Source: a virus | Lineage: Duplodnaviria > Caudoviricetes | DNA length: 52,285 nucleotides | IMG/VR virus record: IMGVR_UViG_3300009149_000045 | Span: 1 to 52,285 of that record | Strand: one strand, 5' to 3' | Shown: positions 21,301 through 30,806 of the stretch, one piece after another | Position numbering within the stretch: the stretch's first letter is position 1 | How the letters are laid out: every line of letters starts with the position of its first letter | Program-made: the position numbers and the translations under genes | The notes under the pieces: model-generated | Told to the model about the DNA's origin: nothing | Databases searched by the model: none | The model's input: only the letters and a program-made list of their open reading frames with translations

Positions 21301-21668
21301 TATTTGGATTTACCTTTTCAGATAATCCCTTAAAACCTTATGCAGTGATGCTTATGACTGAAGACTGTGTTCCAATATCTACAGTAGAAGATATAGAAGA
21401 AAACGCTTCATTAAAATTTGGAGCAAGAGTAGTCAATATAAAATTACATAGAGATAAAAATGGGAATGAAATGGCATTTATAGATGTTAGTGATGGAAAA
21501 TTTAATTCTAGTATTACAGTGTTTGCTAGTGATTGGAATAGTCTAAAAGATAGAGTCAAAAAAGGTAACTGTTATATATTCGTTGCAAAGAAGAATAGAG
21601 GCGATAATTTTCTTTTAAATAGTTCTGTCAAGAATAATTGTGTGATTTTATCAAATAAGGTTAAATGA
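18333..21668 (+). CDS. dnaE: DNA polymerase III alpha subunit (DnaE) with intact-looking PHP domain
   Basis: LHQHSHYS..D, LTDHGN, SACTGG, SNDIHY, RGSVCGS, PDMDMDF, HASG, KLDFLGL, FQEQ, YGFCLSHA, C-terminal OB fold. Confidence 0.96.
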   Translation: MNYINLHQHSHYSRLDSNVDVETLVKVNKKLGANAVALTDHGNLAGSFELWKHCRNYKVKPILGLEAYYVDDYQNEAAQIPYCYSHIILLAKNETGWNNLKYMQAYAWELGFNRKPRIDFKLLEEHREGIIVTSACTGGFLNSLYLGYDKYYSVKSFKIRKRLAVNRLKKFKKLFGTDLYLEVQLNDVEDYVRANKFIISLGKKYDIPIIVSNDIHYKCKKDAEIHDIIKCVSFNKKLSEENNGTYDTHSLYVVGYDGLVAFKEKWHDDYISDSQLKEWCKNTQKIADCIEEYPIKPEQRTLPSFCKDPDKKLKEICDIGFHNKIINSNQPYYKKMRKNKKIRQAYVARNLYELKVIKELGFSDYYLIVWDIVNRARVLGIPFNMRGSVCGSMAAFCCGISWIDPIRFNCPFERFLTEDRISMPDMDMDFAQSRREEMISYVSEKYGDECVAHIENFSKWKPKGAIKDVCRVLDINFQEANTMTKKIPDAVKIWNDIPMEINGIQNFFDEHEDVEYYAKQLIGLIHGAGVHASGIIITPDLLKKWVPTAYMTVKNSDEKKPVKVTEWDMYALEEMNILKLDFLGLRNLDIVADCISSIISRYDDLPFNDLDTMYEHILGNLDDDKIYGMCRSGNLVGTFQMGTSEGMRDLIVKMVPTDISDIINSIALYRTAVLKAGMHLEYVKRKFGGYHKSIHPKLDEVLKSTKNVMIFQEQCMQTAVTMAGFTPSDSDHFRKGIKLKDPKKFKVWKNKFIKGCMKYSNTDKKKANEIWKFIENFSGYGFCLSHATSYGVFAYITAWLKFYYPIEYMAALLSTSMEDDKKLSIYIAETKRMKIRIKSPEINKSCEKFTISGKEIIYPFTAIKQCGTKAVEVILNERKESEFEDFGDFFNRINKRIVNVGVMVNLILAGCFRKFGPRAKIFDRLMSLRGKDKVFRSLYCEDCKYRYPISLKLSDYESNKASCPSCNGKNISVYNIDGKKFDISYVNLNVFGFTFSDNPLKPYAVMLMTEDCVPISTVEDIEENASLKFGARVVNIKLHRDKNGNEMAFIDVSDGKFNSSITVFASDWNSLKDRVKKGNCYIFVAKKNRGDNFLLNSSVKNNCVILSNKVK

Positions 21669-21700
21669 CAAAATAATACACATCTGATATTATGTTGAAG

Positions 21701-21768
21701 CGTTATATAGTATAATTGTTTTATGTTTGTTTTTTGGTTTATTTTTTTCTTTTTTAGGAGAACAAGAA
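21701..21768 (+). promoter_or_regulatory. CGTTA(W)n-TATAAT promoter-like motif, U-rich leader and AGGAG RBS
   Basis: CGTTATATAGTATAAT; the same CGTTAWW core recurs intergenically at 12616, 33824, 35951, 45095 and 51036. Confidence 0.5.
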
Positions 21769-22318
<550 letters not shown>

Positions 22319-22329
<11 letters not shown>

Positions 22330-22885
22330 AATAGACTTATCACAAAAGTTAATGAAGGCCGTTGGAATTATTACTAAGAAAAAGGCTAATGGATTCACAA
22401 TAAGTATACCAGCAAACATATGGGATCAGGCGGAAAAAGAATTTAATTTTTCTTTCAATATGTTAAAAGTTGGTGGTGATTTATCATTAGCTGAATTAGC
22501 AGAACATATGGATATGCAATCAGCAAATGAAGCAACATTTGGATCATTGGCTGAAATTGTTAGATATCAAAAAGAGCTCATGGATATAGATTTTGAAACT
22601 TGGTATAGCTCTAAATTCTATCTAGCGAAGAATAAATTGCCGACTGGTAAGAATACAGACAAAGCAGTACACGCTTATATCTTAAAAAAATGGCCTGAAG
22701 AATATAAGGATAAAAAGCGTGTACTGTGTGATCTGGAGTTTAAGTACAGATTGTTGAATAATGCAATATTCTCAGCAGTTGTCACTAAAGGAAAGATGTT
22801 GCAGTCGTTAAGGAATATTTTACAAGGAAATAATCAGTATGGTTTAAATGTTGATAAAGTATCTTCTTCATCAATAATTGCTTAA
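22319..22885 (+). CDS. UvsY-like recombination mediator (putative)
   Basis: Helical; KNTDKAVHAYI...EEYKDKK...KGKMLQSL pattern; upstream of SSB-like gene and recA. Confidence 0.5.
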
Positions 22886-22899
22886 CAAGGAGAATAGAA

Positions 22900-23364
22900 A
22901 TGGTGAAAAAGAAGACTAGTAAGAAAGCTAGTAAACAAGAAAACAAGGAACATGATATTAGCCCAGATGCTCTTCCTGTATCAGAAACTATTATCAAGCG
23001 AGTAGAGCCAGATGAATATTACAAAGCACGTTTTGATGAATGTGTCATTGGTGAAGGTAAATTCGGACAATATGCTAGACTTGTGTTTACCATATTGTCT
23101 GGTAATATTGAAGACTCTGATGAATCAGCAAAAGATTTACGAATGTCAGCCTTGTGTCCAGCAAACATAACACCGAATAATTCTGCATGGCCACTGATGA
23201 AAGGAATCACTGGTAAAGATCCTGAAGTGAATGAAGCTGTAGACATCACCCCATTCTATGGAAAAATTTATAAGGTAATGGTTAGCGACGGAAAAGCTAA
23301 ACCTGATGGATTTATTTCACAGAATATCACGAAAATAAAGAAATATGTAAGGAAGGCAAAATAA
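22900..23364 (+). CDS. Putative OB-fold single-stranded DNA-binding protein (DUF669-like)
   Basis: EPDEYYKARF...EGKFGQYARLVFTI...FYGKIYKVMV...QNITKI; adjacent to recA. Confidence 0.55.
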   Translation: MVKKKTSKKASKQENKEHDISPDALPVSETIIKRVEPDEYYKARFDECVIGEGKFGQYARLVFTILSGNIEDSDESAKDLRMSALCPANITPNNSAWPLMKGITGKDPEVNEAVDITPFYGKIYKVMVSDGKAKPDGFISQNITKIKKYVRKAK

Positions 23365-24482
23365 TGTTCGATGAAATAGAATCTATCGTAAATAACGCAA
23401 GAAAGAAATTTGGTAAAGAATCTGCGTATATATTGAGCTCTAACCATAAGATTAATGTGCCAACTATACGGTCTGGTGTTCCACAGATTGACCTTGCGCT
23501 AGGGATAGGGGGCTGGCCGAGAGGTAGAATAGTAGAAATATATGGTAGTGAATCTTCTGGTAAGACTACGCTTGCGTTACATGCGATTGCTAATGCACAG
23601 AAAAAAGGTAATATATGTGCATTTGTAGATGCAGAACATGCATTAGATCCTGACTGGGCTGAGAAAATAGGAGTTGATAAAGATGGTATGATTATTTCTC
23701 AGCCCAATAGCGGTGAGGAAGCTTTAGATTTAGTACAGATGTATGCGGAAGCAGGAGTCGGCATTGTAGTTATAGATTCAGTAGCTGCGCTGACTCCTGA
23801 AGCCGAATTAACAGCAGATATGGGAGCGACCCATATGGGTCTACAAGCTAGACTTATGGGTCAAGCAATGAGAAAGTTAAGGGGTATTTTGAGAGAAACA
23901 AATACTCTTTGTCTTTTTTTAAATCAGATAAGGCATAAGATTGGTGTTGTATTTGGAAGTCCTATAACAACTCCTGGTGGAAATGCATTGAAATTCTTTT
24001 CTAGCATACGTCTGGAATTAAGTGCTTATGCACCAAAAGAGGGTGATAAGCAAGGAGATAAAGTTGTTAGTAGGGATATAAGGTTTAAGGTGGTAAAGAA
24101 TAAATTGGCTCCTCCATTTAAAATTGGTACTGCTAAAATAGGTTTTGAAAATGGGTTTGATTTGGCTAATAATCTAATTGATGGTATGATGGGAACTGGT
24201 TCTCTAGAAAAGACTGGTAATACTTATTCATACAATGAAGAAAAAATTGCGGTTGGTAAAAATAAAGTTATTGAATATTTTAGAAATCTAGACGAAGATA
24301 CTTTAGAAGGAATGTACGATAATCTTATATTGGACATGAATGAAGAATATCAAGAATTAAAGATTAGAAAACAGCAGATTGAAAAGAATATTATTAAAAG
24401 AAAAGAGAAGAATAAAGATGTTTCTGATAAAGAAGAAGAGCTAAAGGGAATTGAAGAAAAAATCGCTCGTATTAAAAAATAA
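23364..24482 (+). CDS. recA: RecA recombinase
   Basis: GGWPRGRIVEIYGSESSGKTT, DAEHALD, IDSVAAL, NQIR, TPGGNALKFFSSIR, KNK. Confidence 0.98.
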   Translation: MFDEIESIVNNARKKFGKESAYILSSNHKINVPTIRSGVPQIDLALGIGGWPRGRIVEIYGSESSGKTTLALHAIANAQKKGNICAFVDAEHALDPDWAEKIGVDKDGMIISQPNSGEEALDLVQMYAEAGVGIVVIDSVAALTPEAELTADMGATHMGLQARLMGQAMRKLRGILRETNTLCLFLNQIRHKIGVVFGSPITTPGGNALKFFSSIRLELSAYAPKEGDKQGDKVVSRDIRFKVVKNKLAPPFKIGTAKIGFENGFDLANNLIDGMMGTGSLEKTGNTYSYNEEKIAVGKNKVIEYFRNLDEDTLEGMYDNLILDMNEEYQELKIRKQQIEKNIIKRKEKNKDVSDKEEELKGIEEKIARIKK

Positions 24483-24584
24483 CTAACAGTGGTATAATGC
24501 TACCAAAAAAATTAAACAATATTCCCAGAACAATCTCTATAGCTATAGAATTATAATAATTTGCATATAATAGATAGGGTTTGT

Positions 24585-24935
24585 ATGAGTAAAAGACATG
24601 GTAAAAAAAAGATTAAAAAAATCATAAAAACAAAAAAGAAAATAAGATATTTTCCTATTATATTTTGCATAAATGAAGATATATGCATTGGTGTTTCCAG
24701 TAAATACGCTAAAATTAAGTCTGATAGGTTTGGAGTTGTTAAACTAAAAAGTAAAGTTGATTTTGAACAATGGACTCCGTACGTTTGTAAGTTTAGATCA
24801 GAAGAATATATAATAGATTTAAGCTTGTATAAAATAGGAGATGAAATACACTGTCCTAAATGTGGTAGTAAAATAGATTTTAGGCTGTTTCCATCAAGCA
24901 CTCCACCTGTTATGGTTGAGATAAAAAATGATTAA
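24585..24935 (+). CDS. Lys-rich protein with zinc-ribbon-like motif
   Basis: Basic N-terminus; HCPKCGSK. Confidence 0.5.
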   Translation: MSKRHGKKKIKKIIKTKKKIRYFPIIFCINEDICIGVSSKYAKIKSDRFGVVKLKSKVDFEQWTPYVCKFRSEEYIIDLSLYKIGDEIHCPKCGSKIDFRLFPSSTPPVMVEIKND

Positions 24936-26001
24936 AACAATAACTTTAAGGAATTTCCAGATTCATAAATATAAAAAATTCGATTTCGATAAAGGTTTTA
25001 ATGTTATTCTTGGAGAGAACGACCGTGGTAAAAGTTCAATAATTAGAGCTTTGCACTGGATAATATATAATAAGCCTTCTGGTAATTGGATGTGTAAGAT
25101 TGACGATGATGGAGAATTATTAACTACTTCAGTAAAAATAGTTAGCTCAAATGGTGATGTAGTAATAAGAAAAAAAGGTCCAGAGGTAAATAGATATATC
25201 GTAAATGGAGACGCTTTTAATAATTTTGGATTTGATGTACCAAAATCAGTAAAAGATATTTTAGGTATTGATTTTTTAAACTTGAATGGTATTAACGTCA
25301 GTCCTAATGTGAGCATGGATTACGATTTACCATTCATGATCTTTGAAAAGAACACAACTAAGGCCGCACTGATAAATAATTTAACTGGGATTGATTTAGT
25401 AGAAAAAGCAAAGAAATCGTTTAATCGAGATATTTTAAACAATTCAAAAATGATATCGTTTTATAAAACAGAATTAGATAAAAATGAAAAGGAATTAAAA
25501 ACACTTCCTTATATAGCAGACATAAAAGAAGATTGTTTAGACATCGAAATAAAATTTATTGAATATGAAAGTGAGAATGAAAGGTTATCTAACTTGAAAA
25601 TTTTTGAAAATAGTTTAAATAGATTAAATAAAGATCTAAATTCCATAAACCACAAAGAAGATATACTGAGTAGTATGCACAGAGTAGATATGATTTTGAA
25701 GGAATATAAAAAGGATAAGGATACAGTTCTAAAATTATCTGATTTTAAAACTAACTTGAATTTTTATGAAAAATCTTGTGACGACTGTGTGTTAAGCGTT
25801 GATCTAGATATTGTAAAAGCTAAACTCAAGGATAATCAGTTTATGGAAGAAAAGATTGCTGATTTAGCTCAAATCAAAAAAGACTTAGATAATTATTTAG
25901 AAATTATTAAAAAATATGATAATATTCTAAAAGGCATAAAGAAAGAATACAATAAATTAAAAGGAAAGGCTTGTCCTTTGTGTGGTAAAAAATATGATTG
26001 A
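24928..26001 (+). CDS. SbcC/Rad50-like ATPase, N-terminal half (Walker A to zinc hook)
   Basis: LRNFQIH, GENDRGKSSIIRAL, coiled coil, ends at CPLCG; no Walker B. Confidence 0.85.
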   Translation: MIKTITLRNFQIHKYKKFDFDKGFNVILGENDRGKSSIIRALHWIIYNKPSGNWMCKIDDDGELLTTSVKIVSSNGDVVIRKKGPEVNRYIVNGDAFNNFGFDVPKSVKDILGIDFLNLNGINVSPNVSMDYDLPFMIFEKNTTKAALINNLTGIDLVEKAKKSFNRDILNNSKMISFYKTELDKNEKELKTLPYIADIKEDCLDIEIKFIEYESENERLSNLKIFENSLNRLNKDLNSINHKEDILSSMHRVDMILKEYKKDKDTVLKLSDFKTNLNFYEKSCDDCVLSVDLDIVKAKLKDNQFMEEKIADLAQIKKDLDNYLEIIKKYDNILKGIKKEYNKLKGKACPLCGKKYD

Positions 26002-26953
26002 TAAATTCTGCTTTATAACAGATACCCATTTTAAAAATAAAACGCCAGTTAGTAGATCTGATGATTATTTTTTATCGTTATTAAAAAAGCTAGATTACGT
26101 TATAGAATTTTGTAAGAAAAGAAAAATAAAAAGTTTATTACATGGTGGTGATTTCTTTGATAGTCCATTTTCTTCCGACTATGTTGCTGGAATTGTAGCT
26201 AAGAGATTGACACTCTCAGGACTTAACGTGTATGCTATATTAGGAAATCATGATATAACAGGTAAAAATGCAGATTCTTATGTAAATGGTAAGATGCATC
26301 TATATGAATCATATCCTTGGTTCTATTTAATTGATAAGAAATATATAGAATTTGATAATTGTTATATAACGGGATTTAATTATTCAATAGATAATGAATG
26401 CCCTAATAGAATCATGGTTGATAAAAAAGATAAACCAGTAATAGCATTAATTCATTCTATGATATCAGAAGACAATGATATTCAGATTGGTAGCAAATTT
26501 AATGTTGTATCAGCCAAGACAATTATATCTAATGCAAGTATTGTCCTTATGGGTCACTATCACCTTGGATGCAGATTAGTAGAATATCCAATATCGGGGA
26601 GATGGTGTAATCCTGGGAGTTTTGCGAGATTAAGTACATTAGAAAACAATAAAGGTATAGGTCCAGGACTAGTTTATTTAAAAGCTTCAGATAGTATTGT
26701 AAAGGCAAAGAGGCTTATAATTCCTCATGATGATAGTGTATTCTCAAATAAGGTTGATGTAAAAGATCTATTCGAAGATAAAAAAGTATTTGAATTAGCG
26801 ATGAAAGAATTAGAGAATAGCGAAAATTCAAATAACAATGTTATACACACACTAAGAAGGTTAGAAAAAAATATCCCTAAAGTACTAGAAAAGCTGATAA
26901 ATAAAAAAATTATTAGAAATTGTATTAATAGAATTAAGGAATTTCAAAATTAA
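25994..26953 (+). CDS. SbcD/Mre11-like metallophosphoesterase nuclease
   Basis: TDTH, GGDFFD, GNHD, IH, MGHYH, NPGS. Confidence 0.9.
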   Translation: MIDKFCFITDTHFKNKTPVSRSDDYFLSLLKKLDYVIEFCKKRKIKSLLHGGDFFDSPFSSDYVAGIVAKRLTLSGLNVYAILGNHDITGKNADSYVNGKMHLYESYPWFYLIDKKYIEFDNCYITGFNYSIDNECPNRIMVDKKDKPVIALIHSMISEDNDIQIGSKFNVVSAKTIISNASIVLMGHYHLGCRLVEYPISGRWCNPGSFARLSTLENNKGIGPGLVYLKASDSIVKAKRLIIPHDDSVFSNKVDVKDLFEDKKVFELAMKELENSENSNNNVIHTLRRLEKNIPKVLEKLINKKIIRNCINRIKEFQN

Positions 26954-26964
26954 GGAGGATAAGT

Positions 26965-27213
26965 ATGTCAGAAGACATAGTCAAAAGGATACAACGCTTA
27001 AATACTGAACAAGCTATTGCTCTAAGTGAAAAAGAAAAGGCAGAAAAGAACATAAAAGAGATCATGCAAAAACTGTCTAGTCTAGATATTCATTCGAATA
27101 AAGAACTATCTTCAGAAATAAAAATTTTAGAAGATAAGCTAAAATTAAAAGAAAAGGAACTAGAAAAGAATGTTAGCAAAATTGAAAGCGAACTCAAAGC
27201 AAGAAAGAATTAA
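26965..27213 (+). CDS. Small coiled-coil protein
   Basis: AAGGAGG RBS; heptad pattern. Confidence 0.65.
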   Translation: MSEDIVKRIQRLNTEQAIALSEKEKAEKNIKEIMQKLSSLDIHSNKELSSEIKILEDKLKLKEKELEKNVSKIESELKARKN

Positions 27214-27778
27214 TAATATAAGAATGGAATTAAGTTCAATCGATGGAAGTAAGAAAATAATAAATAACACAATAAAGAGGATATCAAAAGATCTGGTTAA
27301 TATAGAAAAAGAAAAGAATGTAGCAACAAAATCAGTTATGTTGCTAGATTATGTTATTAATAATAGCCATGATAATATTATAAACATGTTTGAAAAGGCA
27401 ATTAGTGGAGCGTTAAAAGATCTTTTTGATAGTTCATATGAATTTAAATTCGAGTTTGGTAAACGTGGTACAGCTATGACCTGTGAATATATGATAAAGA
27501 TGGGTGATTGCCATAACTGGCTTACACTGAAAATGTGTCACGGTACAAGTATAAAAGAAATAATAGGAGTTATAATTAGAATTATATTTGTAAAGATCAA
27601 AAATAATTTAGCCAATGTGGTCATACTAGACGAACCTCTATCGGGTTTATCACCAGAAAAACAAGTATTAGCTGGAAAATTTTTAGTAGAAATTGCAGAA
27701 AAGTTTAATATTCAAATAATATCTGTTAGCCATAGTGAAAGAATTTCTTCTTATGCATCTAAAAGGATAGAAATATAA
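27170..27778 (+). CDS. SbcC/Rad50-like ATPase, C-terminal half
   Basis: Walker B VVILDEP, D-loop-like LSGLS, H-loop IISVSH; signature position reads CHGTS. Confidence 0.8.
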   Translation: MLAKLKANSKQERINNIRMELSSIDGSKKIINNTIKRISKDLVNIEKEKNVATKSVMLLDYVINNSHDNIINMFEKAISGALKDLFDSSYEFKFEFGKRGTAMTCEYMIKMGDCHNWLTLKMCHGTSIKEIIGVIIRIIFVKIKNNLANVVILDEPLSGLSPEKQVLAGKFLVEIAEKFNIQIISVSHSERISSYASKRIEI

Positions 27779-28290
27779 TGCCTAGCGAATCTAGTTTCTC
27801 AAGTATAATAAGAAAAGACTTTAACACTGTATACCGTGAAAATGGAAAATCAATATTATTAGTAGACGCACCTAGATCTAATAAAAAAGATTGTGATGTT
27901 TTATTATACAAGGCAATAGAGAATAATCATGTAGATGCGTTAGCAATAGAGTTAAAATATGAAAAGGGTAATAGTATAAATTTTGCGAGAGTATCCTCTA
28001 ATCAAGTAATAAGTTTAAAAGAATGTGAATCAAGTAACATCAATACTTGGGTTCTTATATGGTTTTATAAATTCAAAACCGCTATTGCATTGAATATTTT
28101 TGCGTGGACGTATTTAGAAAAAGATTTTCAAGCTGAAAGCAGAAAATCTATAAAATTTGAAGAACTCGTATGGTTTATAGAAAAGTTAGAGGAGGATGAT
28201 CGATTCCATAGATGTGGACAAATTTTAAAGAGAAAAAAGATAGAAGATAAAACACGCTGGGAAGTTGAAAAGTTATTTACTAGGAGATAA
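27778..28290 (+). CDS. PD-(D/E)xK nuclease, RecU/Hjc-like Holliday junction resolvase
   Basis: ESSF, DCD, AIELK, NQVISL. Confidence 0.7.
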   Translation: MPSESSFSSIIRKDFNTVYRENGKSILLVDAPRSNKKDCDVLLYKAIENNHVDALAIELKYEKGNSINFARVSSNQVISLKECESSNINTWVLIWFYKFKTAIALNIFAWTYLEKDFQAESRKSIKFEELVWFIEKLEEDDRFHRCGQILKRKKIEDKTRWEVEKLFTRR

Positions 28291-28291
28291 G

Positions 28292-28579
28292 ATGTTTAAA
28301 AGTATTAATCCAGAAAAAGAATATAAACATACAGATATATGGAACTATGTATATGAAAGGGATAATGGTAACTGTCAGCTCTGTGGTAAGAATAATGGAT
28401 GTGAACAGCATCATGTTATGCCCTTAGGAAACGGCGGCAAGACTAAACCAGGAAATCTTATCTTATTATGTACTATGTGTCACACGGGGTTAGGGCATAG
28501 TTTTACTCAAGAAATGACACAATATATGTATAATAGAATAAATAAAAACGAATCTAAGTTTAGAAAGATGATGATATGA
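28292..28579 (+). CDS. HNH endonuclease
   Basis: RDNGNCQLCG...HHVMP..GG....NLILLCTMCH. Confidence 0.9.
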   Translation: MFKSINPEKEYKHTDIWNYVYERDNGNCQLCGKNNGCEQHHVMPLGNGGKTKPGNLILLCTMCHTGLGHSFTQEMTQYMYNRINKNESKFRKMMI

Positions 28580-28884
28580 TGCTAACAAAGTGGATTGAAA
28601 AAGTTGGGAAGGCAGTCATACATGATGGACAAACCGATGAAGAAATAACTATAGTGTCAGCAAAATCACCAATGCATTTAACAACATGGATAAGAAGTTT
28701 TTATGATCCTAAGATACATGACGCAGCCTTACTTATTAGAAATAAAAAAAGTGATTATGTGTTGTTTTTAGAAACACCGTTAGATGTGCCAATAAAAAAT
28801 ATTATAGATCCGAATTGCGGAAAATGTTATTTAATAAAGTACAGTGCAGATAAAATTGGAAAATGTCTTATAAGGGTTGATTAA
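28576..28884 (+). CDS. Hypothetical protein
   Basis: ORF coupled to both neighbours. Confidence 0.55.
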   Translation: MMLTKWIEKVGKAVIHDGQTDEEITIVSAKSPMHLTTWIRSFYDPKIHDAALLIRNKKSDYVLFLETPLDVPIKNIIDPNCGKCYLIKYSADKIGKCLIRVD

Positions 28885-29084
28885 TGGATATTAAAAAAAA
28901 GGTGGAGGAAATAATGTCTAATAAGGAATCTAGAAAAATTTTAAAAATGGCAATATTGTCTGATGGAGAATTTATATCTGATATTGCCAAAGAGGTTTTT
29001 GCTTTGCCAGCAGAATCTGTTGGATTATTAGGGCCGGGGAGCATCGCAGATTTTTTTCGTTCAGATTGGATTAAAAAAACTTAA
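28884..29084 (+). CDS. Hypothetical protein
   Basis: TAATG coupling to upstream gene. Confidence 0.55.
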   Translation: MDIKKKVEEIMSNKESRKILKMAILSDGEFISDIAKEVFALPAESVGLLGPGSIADFFRSDWIKKT

Positions 29085-29706
29085 TCCAATACTAGAAAAA
29101 TTTATTTTAGAATATGATTCTTATATAAAGTATAGGATTTCTATAACTATAAATAGTTATAGAAATAGAAGTTTTGACATACATTTAAGAGAAGACGCAT
29201 ACCAGTTTGTAGTTATGAATTTAATAAAAATGTTTCCTAAAAGATTTAAATATACTGACTGGGATTTTCCAGTAAAATCAGCGATTAGAAGAAAAGTTAG
29301 TGACTTTGCTACAAAATATTCAAGATCTGGAAATAAATATATTTATGAGAATCAGAATAAATTGAATGAAGAATTTAGCGAAGATACTTTCTTAGATTTT
29401 CATAATACAAAAGACATAGATGTAACCACATCTTTAAACGAAAAATATTATGAGGTCTTAGACTATATAGAATATATACATTCTAAAATGACGGATAAGC
29501 TAAAAAATCAATTTAGTGATTGGGAAAGAGAATTTATCGAAGTAGTTTTAGAACTCCATAAATATAACAATGAAATAGAATTAAACGAAATTATGGAATG
29601 CATGGGATATGATAAAAATCAACGTTCAAAATTTATGAATAAGACTAATATTCTTCAGGCGAAGCTAAACAAATGCATAGAAGGGAATCTAATATGTCAG
29701 TTGTAG
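29050..29706 (+). CDS. Sigma-70-like factor (region 2 plus region 4-like); start uncertain, possibly ATT at 29050
   Basis: Frame is open from 29032 and reads LEKFILEYDSYIKYRI...LREDAYQFVVMNLIK...KSAIRRKVSD; C-terminal FSDWEREFI...LNEIMECMGY. Confidence 0.55.
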   Translation: MFFVQIGLKKLNPILEKFILEYDSYIKYRISITINSYRNRSFDIHLREDAYQFVVMNLIKMFPKRFKYTDWDFPVKSAIRRKVSDFATKYSRSGNKYIYENQNKLNEEFSEDTFLDFHNTKDIDVTTSLNEKYYEVLDYIEYIHSKMTDKLKNQFSDWEREFIEVVLELHKYNNEIELNEIMECMGYDKNQRSKFMNKTNILQAKLNKCIEGNLICQL

Positions 29707-30806
29707 ACGACTTTAATCCAATGAAGATTTTAGTTCATAATGAGAAAATAAATCAACTCATAGATTTTCATAAAAAACAAACGAATCATATACCATATCC
29801 AGTTATGTTAGAAATAGATTTGTCAAATGTGTGTAACTTCAGATGCAGTTTCTGCCAGTGTGGTGCGAATTTAGATAAATCACATCTAAAACATTTTATA
29901 GATGAAGAAGATTGGTTTTATAATCTTCTTCCATTTATAATTAAAAATAAGATAAAAGGGTTGTTTTTCTGTGGTGGTGGTGAACCGTTATTAAATAAAG
30001 GTGCTAATAAAATTATTAGTTCTTTGATAGATTTGAATATAAAATCAGCAATTACTTCTAATGGTAGCCACATTGATTCATTAGATTCAGAAGTCTGTGC
30101 TAACACTTGTGAATGGATTACGTTTTCAGTCAATGCAGGTGATGAAAATACATTTATGATGACCAGTAATCCTTTAGATGTTAAGCTTACTTGGGAATCT
30201 TATATAAATAATTTAAGATCATTCGTAGAAGGTGTTAGAAAATATAGAAAAAATGTATCACCAGAACTATCGTATAAATTTGTAGTTACACCAGAAAACT
30301 ACGCTTCCTTGAAAGCAGGATATAATTTAGCGGTTGATATGGAATTTGATCAATTTATTATAAAACCCGCAGATTTAATTTGGTCACGTGACGGATTTAA
30401 AAAGGATTGGGATTTAGAAACTAGATTAGAAATCAATAAAATAATCTTAGATCTTAATAATGAAAATAAGATAAAGGTAAAGTCTTTAGAAGCTTATTGG
30501 CAACAAGATGATATGTCAAAAAAGGAAAGAGGATATGACATCTGTTGGACACAAAGTCTGGCTCCAGTATTACACCCTGATGGCAATATGTCAATCTGTT
30601 GCGATATGCGAGAAATATACAATATAGGTAAGTGGGATAATCCGTCGCTACAAAATTTTTGGGGAAGTTGGAGTCACATAAAAGCAGTTAGAGGATTTAA
30701 CAAAAGAGGGCTAGGTGGTTGCCCCATAAGATGTAAAATGGGTAGATACAATAAGGTAGTAAACGATATTTTCATAGATAAGAAAGTACACACATGCTTC
30801 CTATAA
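29694..30806 (+). CDS. Radical SAM enzyme with SPASM/twitch domain
   Basis: CNFRCSFC, GGGEPL, TSNG; C-terminal CW...HPDGNMSICCD...CPIRC. Confidence 0.92.
   Translation: MSVVDDFNPMKILVHNEKINQLIDFHKKQTNHIPYPVMLEIDLSNVCNFRCSFCQCGANLDKSHLKHFIDEEDWFYNLLPFIIKNKIKGLFFCGGGEPLLNKGANKIISSLIDLNIKSAITSNGSHIDSLDSEVCANTCEWITFSVNAGDENTFMMTSNPLDVKLTWESYINNLRSFVEGVRKYRKNVSPELSYKFVVTPENYASLKAGYNLAVDMEFDQFIIKPADLIWSRDGFKKDWDLETRLEINKIILDLNNENKIKVKSLEAYWQQDDMSKKERGYDICWTQSLAPVLHPDGNMSICCDMREIYNIGKWDNPSLQNFWGSWSHIKAVRGFNKRGLGGCPIRCKMGRYNKVVNDIFIDKKVHTCFL

Noticed and set aside
18333-21668. Intein or intron in dnaE (also checked dnaB, recA, ligA)
   Set aside because: Lengths are normal and no splice-junction or homing endonuclease motifs were seen
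24330-24482. Coiled-coil C-terminal extension of RecA
   Set aside because: RecA C-termini are variable; nothing specific can be inferred
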